Source: an uncultured Candidatus Saccharibacteria bacterium (GTDB lineage Bacteria; Patescibacteriota; Saccharimonadia; Saccharimonadales; Saccharimonadaceae). Taken from it: a DNA stretch of 64,000 bases. Where the stretch lies: assembly GCA_963522845.1 (NCBI GenBank), contig CAUQYZ010000003.1:5914-69913 (forward strand). Direction: 5' to 3'. Shown here piece after piece: positions 38,402-47,680 of this stretch. The position numbers were made by a program, and so were the translations under genes. Position 1 is the first letter of the stretch. Every line of letters begins with the position of its first letter. The notes beneath the pieces are model-generated. The model did not search any database. It was not told the origin of the DNA and was given only the letters and a program-made list of their open reading frames with translations.

Positions 38402-38845
38402 CTATCCTATCTTCTCTATCACCAGTCTGCCGGTGACGTTGGATGACACCTGGACGTCGATGCGCAGGTTGCTGTATATGGTTGGTCCGGAGGGACGTAT
38501 ACTAAGCAACCACACGACCTTTTCCGGCGCCAGCTCGGACATAAACGCCGACAGGAACTCTTCCCTGACTTGAGGCTCGAGCATCCCTGCGGCCAGATTG
38601 TTCATCCCATAGCGCAGATTAGCGGCATAGGTCTCTGTCGATTGCTCGAGCAAAAAGGAGACTTGCCACCGCCCGAAGGTCTGACGCAAGTCGGCCACTC
38701 CCTGCCAGATACCATTGATGAGCTTAGTGTCGGTCAGGGTCTGATTATCCCTGAATTGTGCTGCCTTGAGGGCTAGTAGTTCGTCTCTAACCTGCTTTGC
38801 CTTGCCGACGATGCCCGCAGAATCCTGTTCAGCGAGATTGATCAT
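38402..38845 (-). CDS. Minor tail/baseplate protein (paralog 1)
   Basis: LLALKAAQ motif. Confidence 0.65.
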   Translation of the reverse strand: MINLAEQDSAGIVGKAKQVRDELLALKAAQFRDNQTLTDTKLINGIWQGVADLRQTFGRWQVSFLLEQSTETYAANLRYGMNNLAAGMLEPQVREEFLSAFMSELAPEKVVWLLSIRPSGPTIYSNLRIDVQVSSNVTGRLVIEKIG

Positions 38846-39978
38846 TGCTTTACCCCCAGGCTACTTAGCGTCAAGTCGACCTCCTCGCCACCTTCCGAGT
38901 TTACCGAGACGACCATCTCCTCGATACGATACAGCCCGTCCACCTTAAACCAGGGTGACTTGTTGTTGATCACTCGGATGACTTCGCCGGCATGGATTGA
39001 GCCAACGTCAAACTCAGCTCCGTTGACTTTCGGTTGAGGTAGAAATATCGGCAGCTTCTTGACGGCAAGCTCAGCCTCGGCGTGCTGCAATAGCGTCTCT
39101 TTGACGGAGATGTCGGAATAATCAAGCACGGACTCATGAACGCCATACTGGGCGATTGACTCGGCGTCGGCAGCGGTGACGACCAAGGTAGTGTCTCCCT
39201 GCCCCGACCCTCGAGCGATGATGTAGTTTGCCATCGAGGAGACCAGCTTCATGCTCATCGATGTAGCACCGGCCTGCCTGTTGCTGGCTTTAGCCGGCGC
39301 CGGGTAGATGACTGTCATATCGTGAACGATTGGGTTATTGATATCGTAGCTCTCCCACTCTCTAAACGGCGTAAACCTAAAGTCGAAGTCGTTTGAGCCG
39401 TCACCCAGGCTGGTCAAGTTGACTACCGCATCCTTGATATTCTGCTTATTGTCGTAAGTTCGGTCTCGTCTGACTTTGGTGGCATAGTAGTTGGCGTTAG
39501 AGATTGTGATATCCAGTGTCGAGCCCGATTTAGCGCAGGCGTATCTTATTAGGTCACTGGCGATATCTGCCGTGTACTGCTGCGTGTACCGTCTAGTGTC
39601 GGTAATCATCTGATCGGCCAGTAGGTTGAGATATCCATCGCAAGACACCGATACGGTCGTGTTGCTTTGGTTGAAGTTGATATCGGGAAAGTCGTTAACG
39701 AAGCCCCCGATGCGATACTTGCCGTAACGTTTTAGCTTGATATCCGTGTTCTTGAGTTGCAGCAAGACGGCGGGGTCCTCTCCGATCTTTCGGCAGTAGT
39801 CACTGAGTACGCCTTGGTCTATGTTGAAGTCGATCGAGCCGACGCCATTGCGAGACTCCGTCCATTTGAACGAGTTGAGCAGACGTCCGATTTCGCCGAC
39901 CTTAGTTCGATTGCGCCACCAGACTTCCACCTCGTACTTGCGCATTGGCTTTGAGCCGCCACTTTCCATGTCTACCAC
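38842..39978 (-). CDS. Siphovirus minor tail / hub protein (Tal- or Gp37-like)
   Basis: Position after Dit; ANYIIARGSGQG, SIAQYG.HE, GEVIRV motifs. Confidence 0.75.
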   Translation of the reverse strand: MVDMESGGSKPMRKYEVEVWWRNRTKVGEIGRLLNSFKWTESRNGVGSIDFNIDQGVLSDYCRKIGEDPAVLLQLKNTDIKLKRYGKYRIGGFVNDFPDINFNQSNTTVSVSCDGYLNLLADQMITDTRRYTQQYTADIASDLIRYACAKSGSTLDITISNANYYATKVRRDRTYDNKQNIKDAVVNLTSLGDGSNDFDFRFTPFREWESYDINNPIVHDMTVIYPAPAKASNRQAGATSMSMKLVSSMANYIIARGSGQGDTTLVVTAADAESIAQYGVHESVLDYSDISVKETLLQHAEAELAVKKLPIFLPQPKVNGAEFDVGSIHAGEVIRVINNKSPWFKVDGLYRIEEMVVSVNSEGGEEVDLTLSSLGVKQ

Positions 39979-40886
39979 ACCTCCGTGTATCGATTGCGCC
40001 AGCTTACCACCACCTGTGCGGTGTCGCTCTGATTATTCGAGGTGTACTGCAATCGATTGACGCCCGGTATCAGCCCCCACCAGCTTCCGACTATCGATGA
40101 ACTCGGCGTGTTGTGTCCGTTGAGCTTGATTGACTCGTTATCCATATCTATCTCCAACGTGTCATCGGCGCCCAGGGCGATAGGCACTCGGATTGACTCA
40201 CCGGTCGTCAGGTTACTAATGACCGGACTGGTGACTGTGCCGGCTATGGTAATGGTGGGATAAACCACGTCTGAGCCGTTATTGGTCGCTACCGGCACAC
40301 TGCCACCGCTGGACCACTTCAGCCCGCTACTACCCCACTTCAGTCCTGTTTTGCCCCAGTGTAGCCCGCCCGGCTTCACTTTGGTAACTTTCACCTGATT
40401 GGCGTCGCCCGATGAGTAGTCTTGCCATAAAGGATCGGGGCAAATTAGATCGATGTCAAAGTCCATCACTGTGTTACTTTGATCGGAGTGAACCAGCTCA
40501 GTCTTGCATCTGGACACAACCGCTTGTGCTCCATAGACGTCACCGGAGGGCGCAGCGATAAAGACCTGCACATATTCCCTGATCGGCATAGCTCGAGCGA
40601 TCGCCCGGCGGTATTTGGTCAGTTCCTCGCTCGATCTCGTCATGATAAAGCCCGTAAATGAGACGATGCGGCTGCTGTATTGCTGGTCACGGGCCACTAC
40701 CAGTCCACCGTCAGCCCCGGACTTGACTGTTGAGGTGGTGCGGCGTTCCGGCTCACCAAGCCCGCTAAGTCCGCTGTAGCCGATGCGGTGAGGCTCGCTC
40801 TCCTCGTCGTCAAACTTCGAGCCCCAGAACGTCACCTCGTCGCCCGACCTGGCTCTAATCGTGATGTCGTAGTTGTTTTTTGCCAT
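39972..40886 (-). CDS. Distal tail protein (Dit-like)
   Basis: Follows tape measure; LICPDPLW, NNGSDVVYPTITI, WWGLIPGVN. Confidence 0.82.
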   Translation of the reverse strand: MAKNNYDITIRARSGDEVTFWGSKFDDEESEPHRIGYSGLSGLGEPERRTTSTVKSGADGGLVVARDQQYSSRIVSFTGFIMTRSSEELTKYRRAIARAMPIREYVQVFIAAPSGDVYGAQAVVSRCKTELVHSDQSNTVMDFDIDLICPDPLWQDYSSGDANQVKVTKVKPGGLHWGKTGLKWGSSGLKWSSGGSVPVATNNGSDVVYPTITIAGTVTSPVISNLTTGESIRVPIALGADDTLEIDMDNESIKLNGHNTPSSSIVGSWWGLIPGVNRLQYTSNNQSDTAQVVVSWRNRYTEVW

Positions 40887-43693
40887 TATGCCAGCCTCCT
40901 GATCATTCTTGCTTGCGCTCGGCTGATTAGTTCGACGTCGACATCGTTGTGCACCTCATAGTTGTTGTTGATAGTCGTCTTACCGCCCGGGCTTGCCTTA
41001 TCGCCATCTATGCGGTCTGCCAGCTTGTCTACTACTTCGTTAATCCAGCCCGTATTACTGTCGAGCGGTAGCACCGCCTCCCGTCCCGACTCGCCGATCA
41101 TAGCGATGGTTGCCGACTCGACGATACCGCCGACGGCCAGCTTGGGTATCTTAGGCAGGTTAATGCCCTTACCGCCGACTCCCGGCACCCAGTCGGGGAT
41201 CTTGATCTTGTTGATGCCGCCGATGAAGCCGTTAATCCCGTCGATGATGAAGTTAATCGGCGCTTTGACGATGTTTACTATGCCGTTTATGATGTTGCCG
41301 ATTGTCTTAGCAATACCTCGGAATATCGACCCGATGGCATTGGCGATGGTACTGAAGATACCCGTAATTACTCCGATGATACCTTGGAAGACTGCCACGA
41401 TAGTGTTGACCACTGCGCTGACCACCCCGATGATGCCGCCGATGATACCGCTCACTACATTGACGATCGTTGTGACGATTCCGGCCACCACGCCGATGAC
41501 TGCACCCACTACCCCGATGATTGCACTTATTATGCCGGTTACTACTCCGATGATTCCACTGATGATATTGACTATCACCGTGATAACTCCCATCACGATG
41601 TTGATGATTGTGGTAACGATTCCGATTATCACGCTAATAATCCCCGTTACGATGCCGACGATCACGGAGATGAGGTTAGCTACGATGTTGATGATGATTG
41701 CTACTATCCCGACCACCACTGCGATGATCTGCGCCACCACGCCGATGATATTAGCGACGATACCGCTGACTACGCCTATGATGGTCGAGACTACACTGAC
41801 GACTACGCTGATGATGGGCATGAGGACATTGCCGACCGCCATGGCGACAGCTCCTATCACACCGATCACCAGAGTGACGATTATCGACCCGACCTTAAAG
41901 ATTTGTTTGAATATCTCGCCGATTGCTCCGAATAACTTAGCGAAAGCCGGCATCAGCGGGGCAAACGCCTTGACGATGGACTGGACTATCTTGTTAAAGC
42001 TATCTCCTAGGGTCTTAAATAGCGTCTTGAATGACTCCACCATCGGCTTAAATGCCGGGAATACGTCCTTTAGTATCTTGCCGAAGCCTGAGGCGAACTC
42101 TCCGGCTGTCTTTCCTACCCCGCTAAAGCCGGAGGTGAAGCCCGAGATAAACTCCCCTACTGTCTTCACGACGCCACCGAAGCCCGAGGCAATACCCGAG
42201 GCAAACCCACCGATGGCCTTACCTACGCCGTCAACGATTGACCCCAGCGTCTTCAGCCCGGCGCTGATAGCCGGTCCGGCTACTTCTTTCAGCTTGCCCA
42301 GTCCGTCGCCTATTAGCTTACCCAGCTTGCCGAAGATGTTGAACTTCGCCTGCAAGAAGGTTAGTGCCGAGACCACCCCGATCACCCCGGCCGTTACCGG
42401 CCCGAATGACACGCCGGTGATGAGCTTGGTAACCGCTCTAAAGCCCAGAGAGAATATCTTCGTCGACTTTGCTCCCTCAATCATGGATTTGTTGAAGACT
42501 GCATTTTCGGGTGTTTTTATTCCTTGCTTACGATAAAAATCTTCCATAGCCTCAGCATTAAATGCTTCAGTGAACGACTTCCTTATCTTGCCATTGCCCG
42601 ACGTTATGCTGTCGGCAATCTTCAGTCCCTTGATTGCCGTCATGGCGGCGCCAAAGGAGGTTAGCGCCGGGATGGCGTTACTCTTGATGGTGTTGACCCA
42701 CTTCAGGATGGCGTCGTGGTTGTCCCTGATCCAGCCGGCGATTGATTTCATCACGCTCTCGAATCTCTTGCCGCTGTCTCCTATTGCCGCCCCCAGTACG
42801 TCCGTCCCGATTGCCTGGATGATGTCGCCGACGCCTCTGGTGATGGCGGTTGTGGCGTTGGCTATTGAGGTCTGTAATCCCCCGGTAGCGTTCTTGGCTT
42901 GCTCGGCGAAGCTGGGGAAGCCGCCCAGCCCTGTCTCATTCAGCTTGATCATGGCGTTGTTGAAGTCATCCATGGTTATCTTGCCGGCTTTCATCGCCTT
43001 ATATAGCCCCTGTCCGTTAGCGCTGTAGGCGGATAGCGCCCCGGTACCCAGTCCTAATGCCTTAGCTGTCTGCTGCAGCTGCGCCGGCATGGCTGTCTCC
43101 AGTGCTTTCCAGTCCTCCATCTCCGGTCTACCCTTGGCCAGTGCCTGGCGGAATTGCTCCATGGCGGCCGTTCTGACCTGCTCGACTGCCCCGCCGGCTA
43201 ATAGGGCGTTATTCAGCGCCAGTGAGGTCTTAGTTGCCATCTCCGTATTTTTTGTCACCGGCACGAAGCTCTGCGCCAGGCTGGCGATGTCATTCAGCGA
43301 GGTTGGTAGTCCTTTTACTCCTATGTCCAGCTGTTTGATCATCTTGCTCGCCTCCAGCCCGGATATGCCGAAGTTCTGCATCACTTTGGGGAAGTTATTT
43401 AGGGTGTCGACTCGCTTGACTGCTCCATCGATGTTCGAGGTAACTTTATTGAAGACCCTGGATGCTATCTGGCTGACTGTCGTTAGCCCCACCTGCCATA
43501 GCCCCGCCATCACCTTTGATTGCTTTGCGCTCCTGTCCATCGCTGATTCCGAGCTCTTGCCGATTGACTCGAAGTCTTTACTGCCGGCGGCACCGGCTAT
43601 CTTCATTGCCTGGCGGATGGAGGTTAGCTTCGGACCGACCTTAGAGTCGTCGATCTGGATTTTAATCATCATTGCTCCGATATTGGTGCTCAT
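40886..43693 (-). CDS. Tape measure protein
   Basis: AVKRVDTLNNFPKVM, 11-residue hydrophobic repeats, IPKLAVGGIV..AMIGESGREAVLPL. Confidence 0.95.
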   Translation of the reverse strand: MSTNIGAMMIKIQIDDSKVGPKLTSIRQAMKIAGAAGSKDFESIGKSSESAMDRSAKQSKVMAGLWQVGLTTVSQIASRVFNKVTSNIDGAVKRVDTLNNFPKVMQNFGISGLEASKMIKQLDIGVKGLPTSLNDIASLAQSFVPVTKNTEMATKTSLALNNALLAGGAVEQVRTAAMEQFRQALAKGRPEMEDWKALETAMPAQLQQTAKALGLGTGALSAYSANGQGLYKAMKAGKITMDDFNNAMIKLNETGLGGFPSFAEQAKNATGGLQTSIANATTAITRGVGDIIQAIGTDVLGAAIGDSGKRFESVMKSIAGWIRDNHDAILKWVNTIKSNAIPALTSFGAAMTAIKGLKIADSITSGNGKIRKSFTEAFNAEAMEDFYRKQGIKTPENAVFNKSMIEGAKSTKIFSLGFRAVTKLITGVSFGPVTAGVIGVVSALTFLQAKFNIFGKLGKLIGDGLGKLKEVAGPAISAGLKTLGSIVDGVGKAIGGFASGIASGFGGVVKTVGEFISGFTSGFSGVGKTAGEFASGFGKILKDVFPAFKPMVESFKTLFKTLGDSFNKIVQSIVKAFAPLMPAFAKLFGAIGEIFKQIFKVGSIIVTLVIGVIGAVAMAVGNVLMPIISVVVSVVSTIIGVVSGIVANIIGVVAQIIAVVVGIVAIIINIVANLISVIVGIVTGIISVIIGIVTTIINIVMGVITVIVNIISGIIGVVTGIISAIIGVVGAVIGVVAGIVTTIVNVVSGIIGGIIGVVSAVVNTIVAVFQGIIGVITGIFSTIANAIGSIFRGIAKTIGNIINGIVNIVKAPINFIIDGINGFIGGINKIKIPDWVPGVGGKGINLPKIPKLAVGGIVESATIAMIGESGREAVLPLDSNTGWINEVVDKLADRIDGDKASPGGKTTINNNYEVHNDVDVELISRAQARMIRRLA

Positions 43694-43718
43694 AGCTGAC
43701 CTCCTGCTTTTCTAAATG

Positions 43719-43727
43719 TGCTATAAT
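43719..43727 (+). promoter_or_regulatory. Extended -10 promoter of the moron
   Basis: TGcTATAAT followed by SD AAGGAG. Confidence 0.65.
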
Positions 43728-43746
43728 CCCAGAAAGGAGAAATAGT

Positions 43747-44373
43747 ATGTACTACGGTAATAAGGCTAAAGTTCATATTCCGGGTTGGTGGGAGATCCGG
43801 AAGATGTGTAAGGGGTTGAAACCGCTGGAGCCACGAGTTGACCTTGAGCTTGAGTACGACGGATCTTTCAAGGGCATTCCCAGCGTAAACGGACGTTTGC
43901 ATTTGGTTGCCAATGAGTCCGGAGTGCATATTCGCCACGGTGACGTTGACGTGAGAGAACTTACACCACAACAAGATGCTAAGTGGATTGAGTGGGTAAG
44001 AATACGGAGTAGAGGTTTTAAGCCGGCTGACCAGCCGGAAGAAAAGTTTATTGCAAACTTCAGTTGGGAAGACATTTGCGGTTTTAGCTACGATAAGTCT
44101 GTTGATGCCGGCTCCAACGTCACCACCACCCAGCGCATCACTGCCACCAGGGTAGCTGTTCTCGGCTTGTTCGCCCTGGCGGCACCCAAGACCAAGAAGC
44201 ATTACGAACATTACGACAATGGCGGCGAAGTAACAGCTACGCTTCATACTACATCCGGAGACCTCAGGTTGAGATGGGGGTGTATGTCTGCTGATATTGC
44301 CAGATCGGCTGCCAAAGAATGTCGCACCTTCGGCAAGTACGTCGCCAAGCACGCCAAAGCTACTCCATCGTAG
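43747..44373 (+). CDS. Moron: opposite-strand membrane-associated protein
   Basis: Own promoter and RBS; RITATRVAVLGLFALAAPK hydrophobic segment; inserted in the tail module. Confidence 0.8.
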   Translation: MYYGNKAKVHIPGWWEIRKMCKGLKPLEPRVDLELEYDGSFKGIPSVNGRLHLVANESGVHIRHGDVDVRELTPQQDAKWIEWVRIRSRGFKPADQPEEKFIANFSWEDICGFSYDKSVDAGSNVTTTQRITATRVAVLGLFALAAPKTKKHYEHYDNGGEVTATLHTTSGDLRLRWGCMSADIARSAAKECRTFGKYVAKHAKATPS

Positions 44374-44420
44374 GATCGGCTGTCGACTTGGCTTTATCGC
44401 TAAGATATCGTTCATATTTC

Positions 44421-44442
44421 TTACTGTATAGAAACCTCGAAA
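44421..44442 (-). promoter_or_regulatory. Late-promoter-like motif, copy 2 (two mismatches)
   Basis: TTTCGAGGTTTCTATACAGTAA downstream of the 44521-44550 terminator and upstream of the tape measure gene. Confidence 0.65.
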
Positions 44443-44520
44443 CGAGCCTGTTTTACAGTAGTGAGCATACATTTGTGTTCAGCACCATGATTTACACCCA
44501 AGTCGCTGACAACAACGACA

Positions 44521-44550
44521 AAATGGGGCGTTCTAAACAGCGCCCCATTT
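44521..44550. terminator. Bidirectional terminator
   Basis: AAATGGGGCG...CGCCCCATTT. Confidence 0.75.
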
Positions 44551-44631
44551 CTCTACTCTAAAGCTGCTTGCCGGCGGAGAGGTCCGCCCCACATCTGTAG
44601 GATTAGCCTACTATAAAGCTACTCTAAAGTT

Positions 44632-44982
44632 TTATAGCTGCGATCTCAGTCTGGCTCTAGCTTGCTCCAGCTTGCGGTTAGCCGACTTGATACCCTTCGG
44701 ATTCATCACGCAGCCGGCTGTCAGTAAGGCGTTACTAACCTCCTCGAGCTTTCTTTCTTCGATGGCTCGCATGTAAGCCCGAAAGTTGCCCAGCGGCATG
44801 TTCAGTACGTCCTCTATCGTAAACTGCGAGTAGTACATGCACAGCATGGCGATATTGCTCTCGGTCTTACTGGAGGCGTCTACCTTGCGGTGCTCGATTA
44901 TCTTGGCAATCTCTTGCTCGGCCGGGTTGCCCGTGTCAGTCGAAATACCTTCCGCTTGCCGGCTATTGCTCGATGAGCTCAC
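44632..44982 (-). CDS. Tail assembly chaperone, second part
   Basis: Position; FTIEDVLNMPL motif. Confidence 0.7.
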   Translation of the reverse strand: MSSSSNSRQAEGISTDTGNPAEQEIAKIIEHRKVDASSKTESNIAMLCMYYSQFTIEDVLNMPLGNFRAYMRAIEERKLEEVSNALLTAGCVMNPKGIKSANRKLEQARARLRSQL

Positions 44983-45328
44983 AGTCGTCTCTCATCGCCA
45001 GCTTGGCGTCAGACAAGTTAGCCAGACTCACAATGTCCTGTAGGACGCCGGCATCGACATCCGGGATGACCTCATCCAGGAACTCTCGAAATGAGATGGT
45101 CGTCCCCTTGTCCGTAGCCGGCTTGATCTTGTCGATGACGCTGTTAAACATCCTGACACCGGCCAGCTGCTCACTCGATGCGCCCGATGCTCCTGCCGTG
45201 GTTGACATGGCCAGTCCTACAGTCTGACGAGGAATGTCAAAGTAGTAGTCCTGGGTAGCACCGCTCTCGTCCGGTACGTCAATTCGTAGGATTACCCGCT
45301 TCTGTCGTCGCTCTTTGCCTAAAATCAT
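44963..45328 (-). CDS. Tail assembly chaperone
   Basis: Between major tail and tape measure genes; SD AGGAGG. Confidence 0.7.
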   Translation of the reverse strand: MILGKERRQKRVILRIDVPDESGATQDYYFDIPRQTVGLAMSTTAGASGASSEQLAGVRMFNSVIDKIKPATDKGTTISFREFLDEVIPDVDAGVLQDIVSLANLSDAKLAMRDDCELIEQ

Positions 45329-45406
45329 GTATCTATCCTCCTAAATAATTGCCATGAGACGAGCCCAAAGCCCCGCTGAGCCCGTCTTTATCATTTTGCG
45401 TGTATT

Positions 45407-45916
45407 TTACGCATTATCGACAACAATATCGCCCTGGATGTCCTTGTCGAAGGTTACCGTTAGGGTTACGTCGCCGATACCATCGTCCATGTTGCGCCCC
45501 GAGATTGAAGCGGTGGCGTTCAGCATGTAGATTGGCTTCTGGGCTGAGTTAGTCGGCATCAAGCGCAAATGTCCCAGCGGAGTAGCCTTGCCCTTGATCG
45601 GTTCGCCTACCTGGACAGCACCGTCATTGCCGGCTTTCACCTTAGCTACACCGTCGATGGCATCGCCTTTCTTGTAGACGTTGCCCGGCACGATGATACC
45701 GAGGTTCTCGGCGGTGACCTTAGTCACCTTAAACTCAGCTGTGTGCTTGTACCCTTTCTTCAGGTTGAGCGCACTGCCGTCGGTGAATGATCGAGACACG
45801 TCATCCGTATCGATCGAGGACGACAGGTCGTAGCAAGCTCCGACGGTTTTCCACACCTTAAGGTCAGTCGACCAGTCAACACTGAAGATTGTGCCAAAGT
45901 ATTCTTTAGCTTCCAT
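45407..45916 (-). CDS. Major tail protein
   Basis: Position, size, SD AAGGAGG, downstream hairpin. Confidence 0.7.
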   Translation of the reverse strand: MEAKEYFGTIFSVDWSTDLKVWKTVGACYDLSSSIDTDDVSRSFTDGSALNLKKGYKHTAEFKVTKVTAENLGIIVPGNVYKKGDAIDGVAKVKAGNDGAVQVGEPIKGKATPLGHLRLMPTNSAQKPIYMLNATASISGRNMDDGIGDVTLTVTFDKDIQGDIVVDNA

Positions 45917-46323
45917 TATTTACCTCCTTGCTCCAGCCAACCCGGAGCATACGTTAATATTTCGCATACCCACTGGATTCCCCTCTGCTCCGCCCCGACC
46001 ACATCCATATCTGATAGGGGTGTTAGAGTGAAGTTAATCACGTGTGGGTCTTTAAGTAAGCTGACCAGTGCCTGATGCACCCGGTCGTCCTTGCCGTACA
46101 GCTTCTCGGCATTGACGTCATAGCCGGCGATACGCACCTGGTAGCGGATACGACATTGAGCGATATTGCCACCCTCGGTGTTGCCGCCAAGGAGTGTCAC
46201 GCTCCAAAGGTTGTTACGCAACTTATCCGGTGTAATTCGTCCGGCGTAAACATCCTTTCGGTTTACTACCTTAGCTTTGATCAGCGCCTCGACAAGGGCG
46301 TCAGTTATCTGCTTTGCATTCAT
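45916..46323 (-). CDS. Tail terminator / completion protein
   Basis: Position in head-tail module. Confidence 0.6.
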   Translation of the reverse strand: MNAKQITDALVEALIKAKVVNRKDVYAGRITPDKLRNNLWSVTLLGGNTEGGNIAQCRIRYQVRIAGYDVNAEKLYGKDDRVHQALVSLLKDPHVINFTLTPLSDMDVVGAEQRGIQWVCEILTYAPGWLEQGGK

Positions 46324-46667
46324 TGGAAGAACCTCGCTATTCCCCTGCCGGTGACCGATTCGATTGCCTTCTCGACGAACTTAGCGCCCGTCCCCGGTGT
46401 GGTGTAACGGGTAAACGGTCGAGCACCTCGTCTTCGTCCCGCTTCCTGGACTGCTGCGTATCCAACCAGCCAGCTAACGGAGACACCGTTCATGATCGAG
46501 TCTTTACGTCGATTCTGACGCAGCTTGCCGTGCTTGCGAGGTGTAAGTGGCGTGGCAACCACCATGACCTCATTAGCCAGCTTACTGACGCCATTCAGTC
46601 CTCTGAAGTGGATGTCTCGGGCAATCTTATTTGCGTCCATGTCAACTTCTACCGAGCAACTTATCAT
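46320..46667 (-). CDS. Neck protein (HK97 gp10-like)
   Basis: TPRKHGKLR, YAAVQEAG, YTTPGTGAKFVEKA. Confidence 0.75.
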   Translation of the reverse strand: MISCSVEVDMDANKIARDIHFRGLNGVSKLANEVMVVATPLTPRKHGKLRQNRRKDSIMNGVSVSWLVGYAAVQEAGRRRGARPFTRYTTPGTGAKFVEKAIESVTGRGIARFFQ

Positions 46668-46671
46668 CAGG

Positions 46672-47028
46672 CTAGACCTCCTCCAGCTGATGTGCTGTTA
46701 CCGCCAGGACACATCGGATGAACATCGGCTTGCCGCTAGTGAGCTTATGCTCACCGACTGCTGCATCAGTCACCCGATACATCTTGCCGCCGTATCCGAC
46801 GAACTTGCCGAGCAGGTCACCATGCTGATTAACTGCATACGGGTCGCTTGCTCTGACGTACATGTAGGCATCACCCGCCATTTGGTCGTAGTATCCGACA
46901 TTGGCAATGGCGCCGCCGGGGATAAATACGACCATGACATCGGTTGCTTTGTTCTTGTCGGGTAGCGGCTCTTGCGAGTACACGGTAGTTTTCGGCTCGT
47001 AAAAGGTTACCCTGTCGCTGTACCTCAT
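46672..47028 (-). CDS. Head closure protein
   Basis: Position; YGGKMYRV. Confidence 0.6.
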   Translation of the reverse strand: MRYSDRVTFYEPKTTVYSQEPLPDKNKATDVMVVFIPGGAIANVGYYDQMAGDAYMYVRASDPYAVNQHGDLLGKFVGYGGKMYRVTDAAVGEHKLTSGKPMFIRCVLAVTAHQLEEV

Positions 47029-47645
47029 ATACAGCCCTCCACTCCACTGGGGATAATGGTGTTACTGGGCGTCCGATAGGCGCTGATAACCCCCATGTTG
47101 TCGCTCAGCACTTTGTCCAGGTCGCTCTGACTCGACTTGGCGTAAGTCACCGAATAGTCGATGATCTTCTCGGCAGTGATATCCCTGATCAAGCGACCGT
47201 TATCGTCTCGAGCGGCAAAGGACGTTCTGGCTATGGCGTCAAATAGCTGTGCCCACAGATGAATTAGTGGGAGAGGTAGTTTGGCGCCAAAGCCCCACGC
47301 AGCCTCGATCTTGATTATCTGATCGCTCACCATCGGTTTACCAAAACGCAGTGAATTAGCCGGCACTCTGAACTCATCCGACCACATCACCTCGTATCCG
47401 TCGGTCAGGAGCTTGTCGTTGACTTTGACCGACTTCAGTTCGGTGAAAGGACCGATATACAGCTGCCTTGCCCGCTCACACGAAGCAAACGTCCTTACCC
47501 CGTCACCGTCAATCGGTGCATTGAGCGCTTGTTCAAGACGTTGCTTAGCTAAAGCTACCAAAGCTTCCAGATTGTTAGTCTCAGCCTCAGAGAGAGGACG
47601 ACCTAGCTGTCGTTCAATATCTGATTTAGATAGCGTGTACACCAT
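47025..47645 (-). CDS. Head-tail connector (gp6-like)
   Basis: DIERQLGRPLS, WGFG..LP, EKIIDYSVTY. Confidence 0.72.
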   Translation of the reverse strand: MVYTLSKSDIERQLGRPLSEAETNNLEALVALAKQRLEQALNAPIDGDGVRTFASCERARQLYIGPFTELKSVKVNDKLLTDGYEVMWSDEFRVPANSLRFGKPMVSDQIIKIEAAWGFGAKLPLPLIHLWAQLFDAIARTSFAARDDNGRLIRDITAEKIIDYSVTYAKSSQSDLDKVLSDNMGVISAYRTPSNTIIPSGVEGCI

Positions 47646-47680
47646 GTCATCCTCCTTTCCCAACTAATCACCACGTGTTG

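Noticed and set aside
40962..43715. Long + strand ORFs (524, 183, 152 and 208 aa) opposite the tape measure gene
   Set aside because: Shadow frames of the repetitive, codon-biased tape measure sequence; no RBS or plausible composition
44963..44995. Programmed -1 frameshift between the tail chaperone ORFs
   Set aside because: The second ORF is in the +1 frame and there is no XXXYYYZ slippery heptamer in the short overlap
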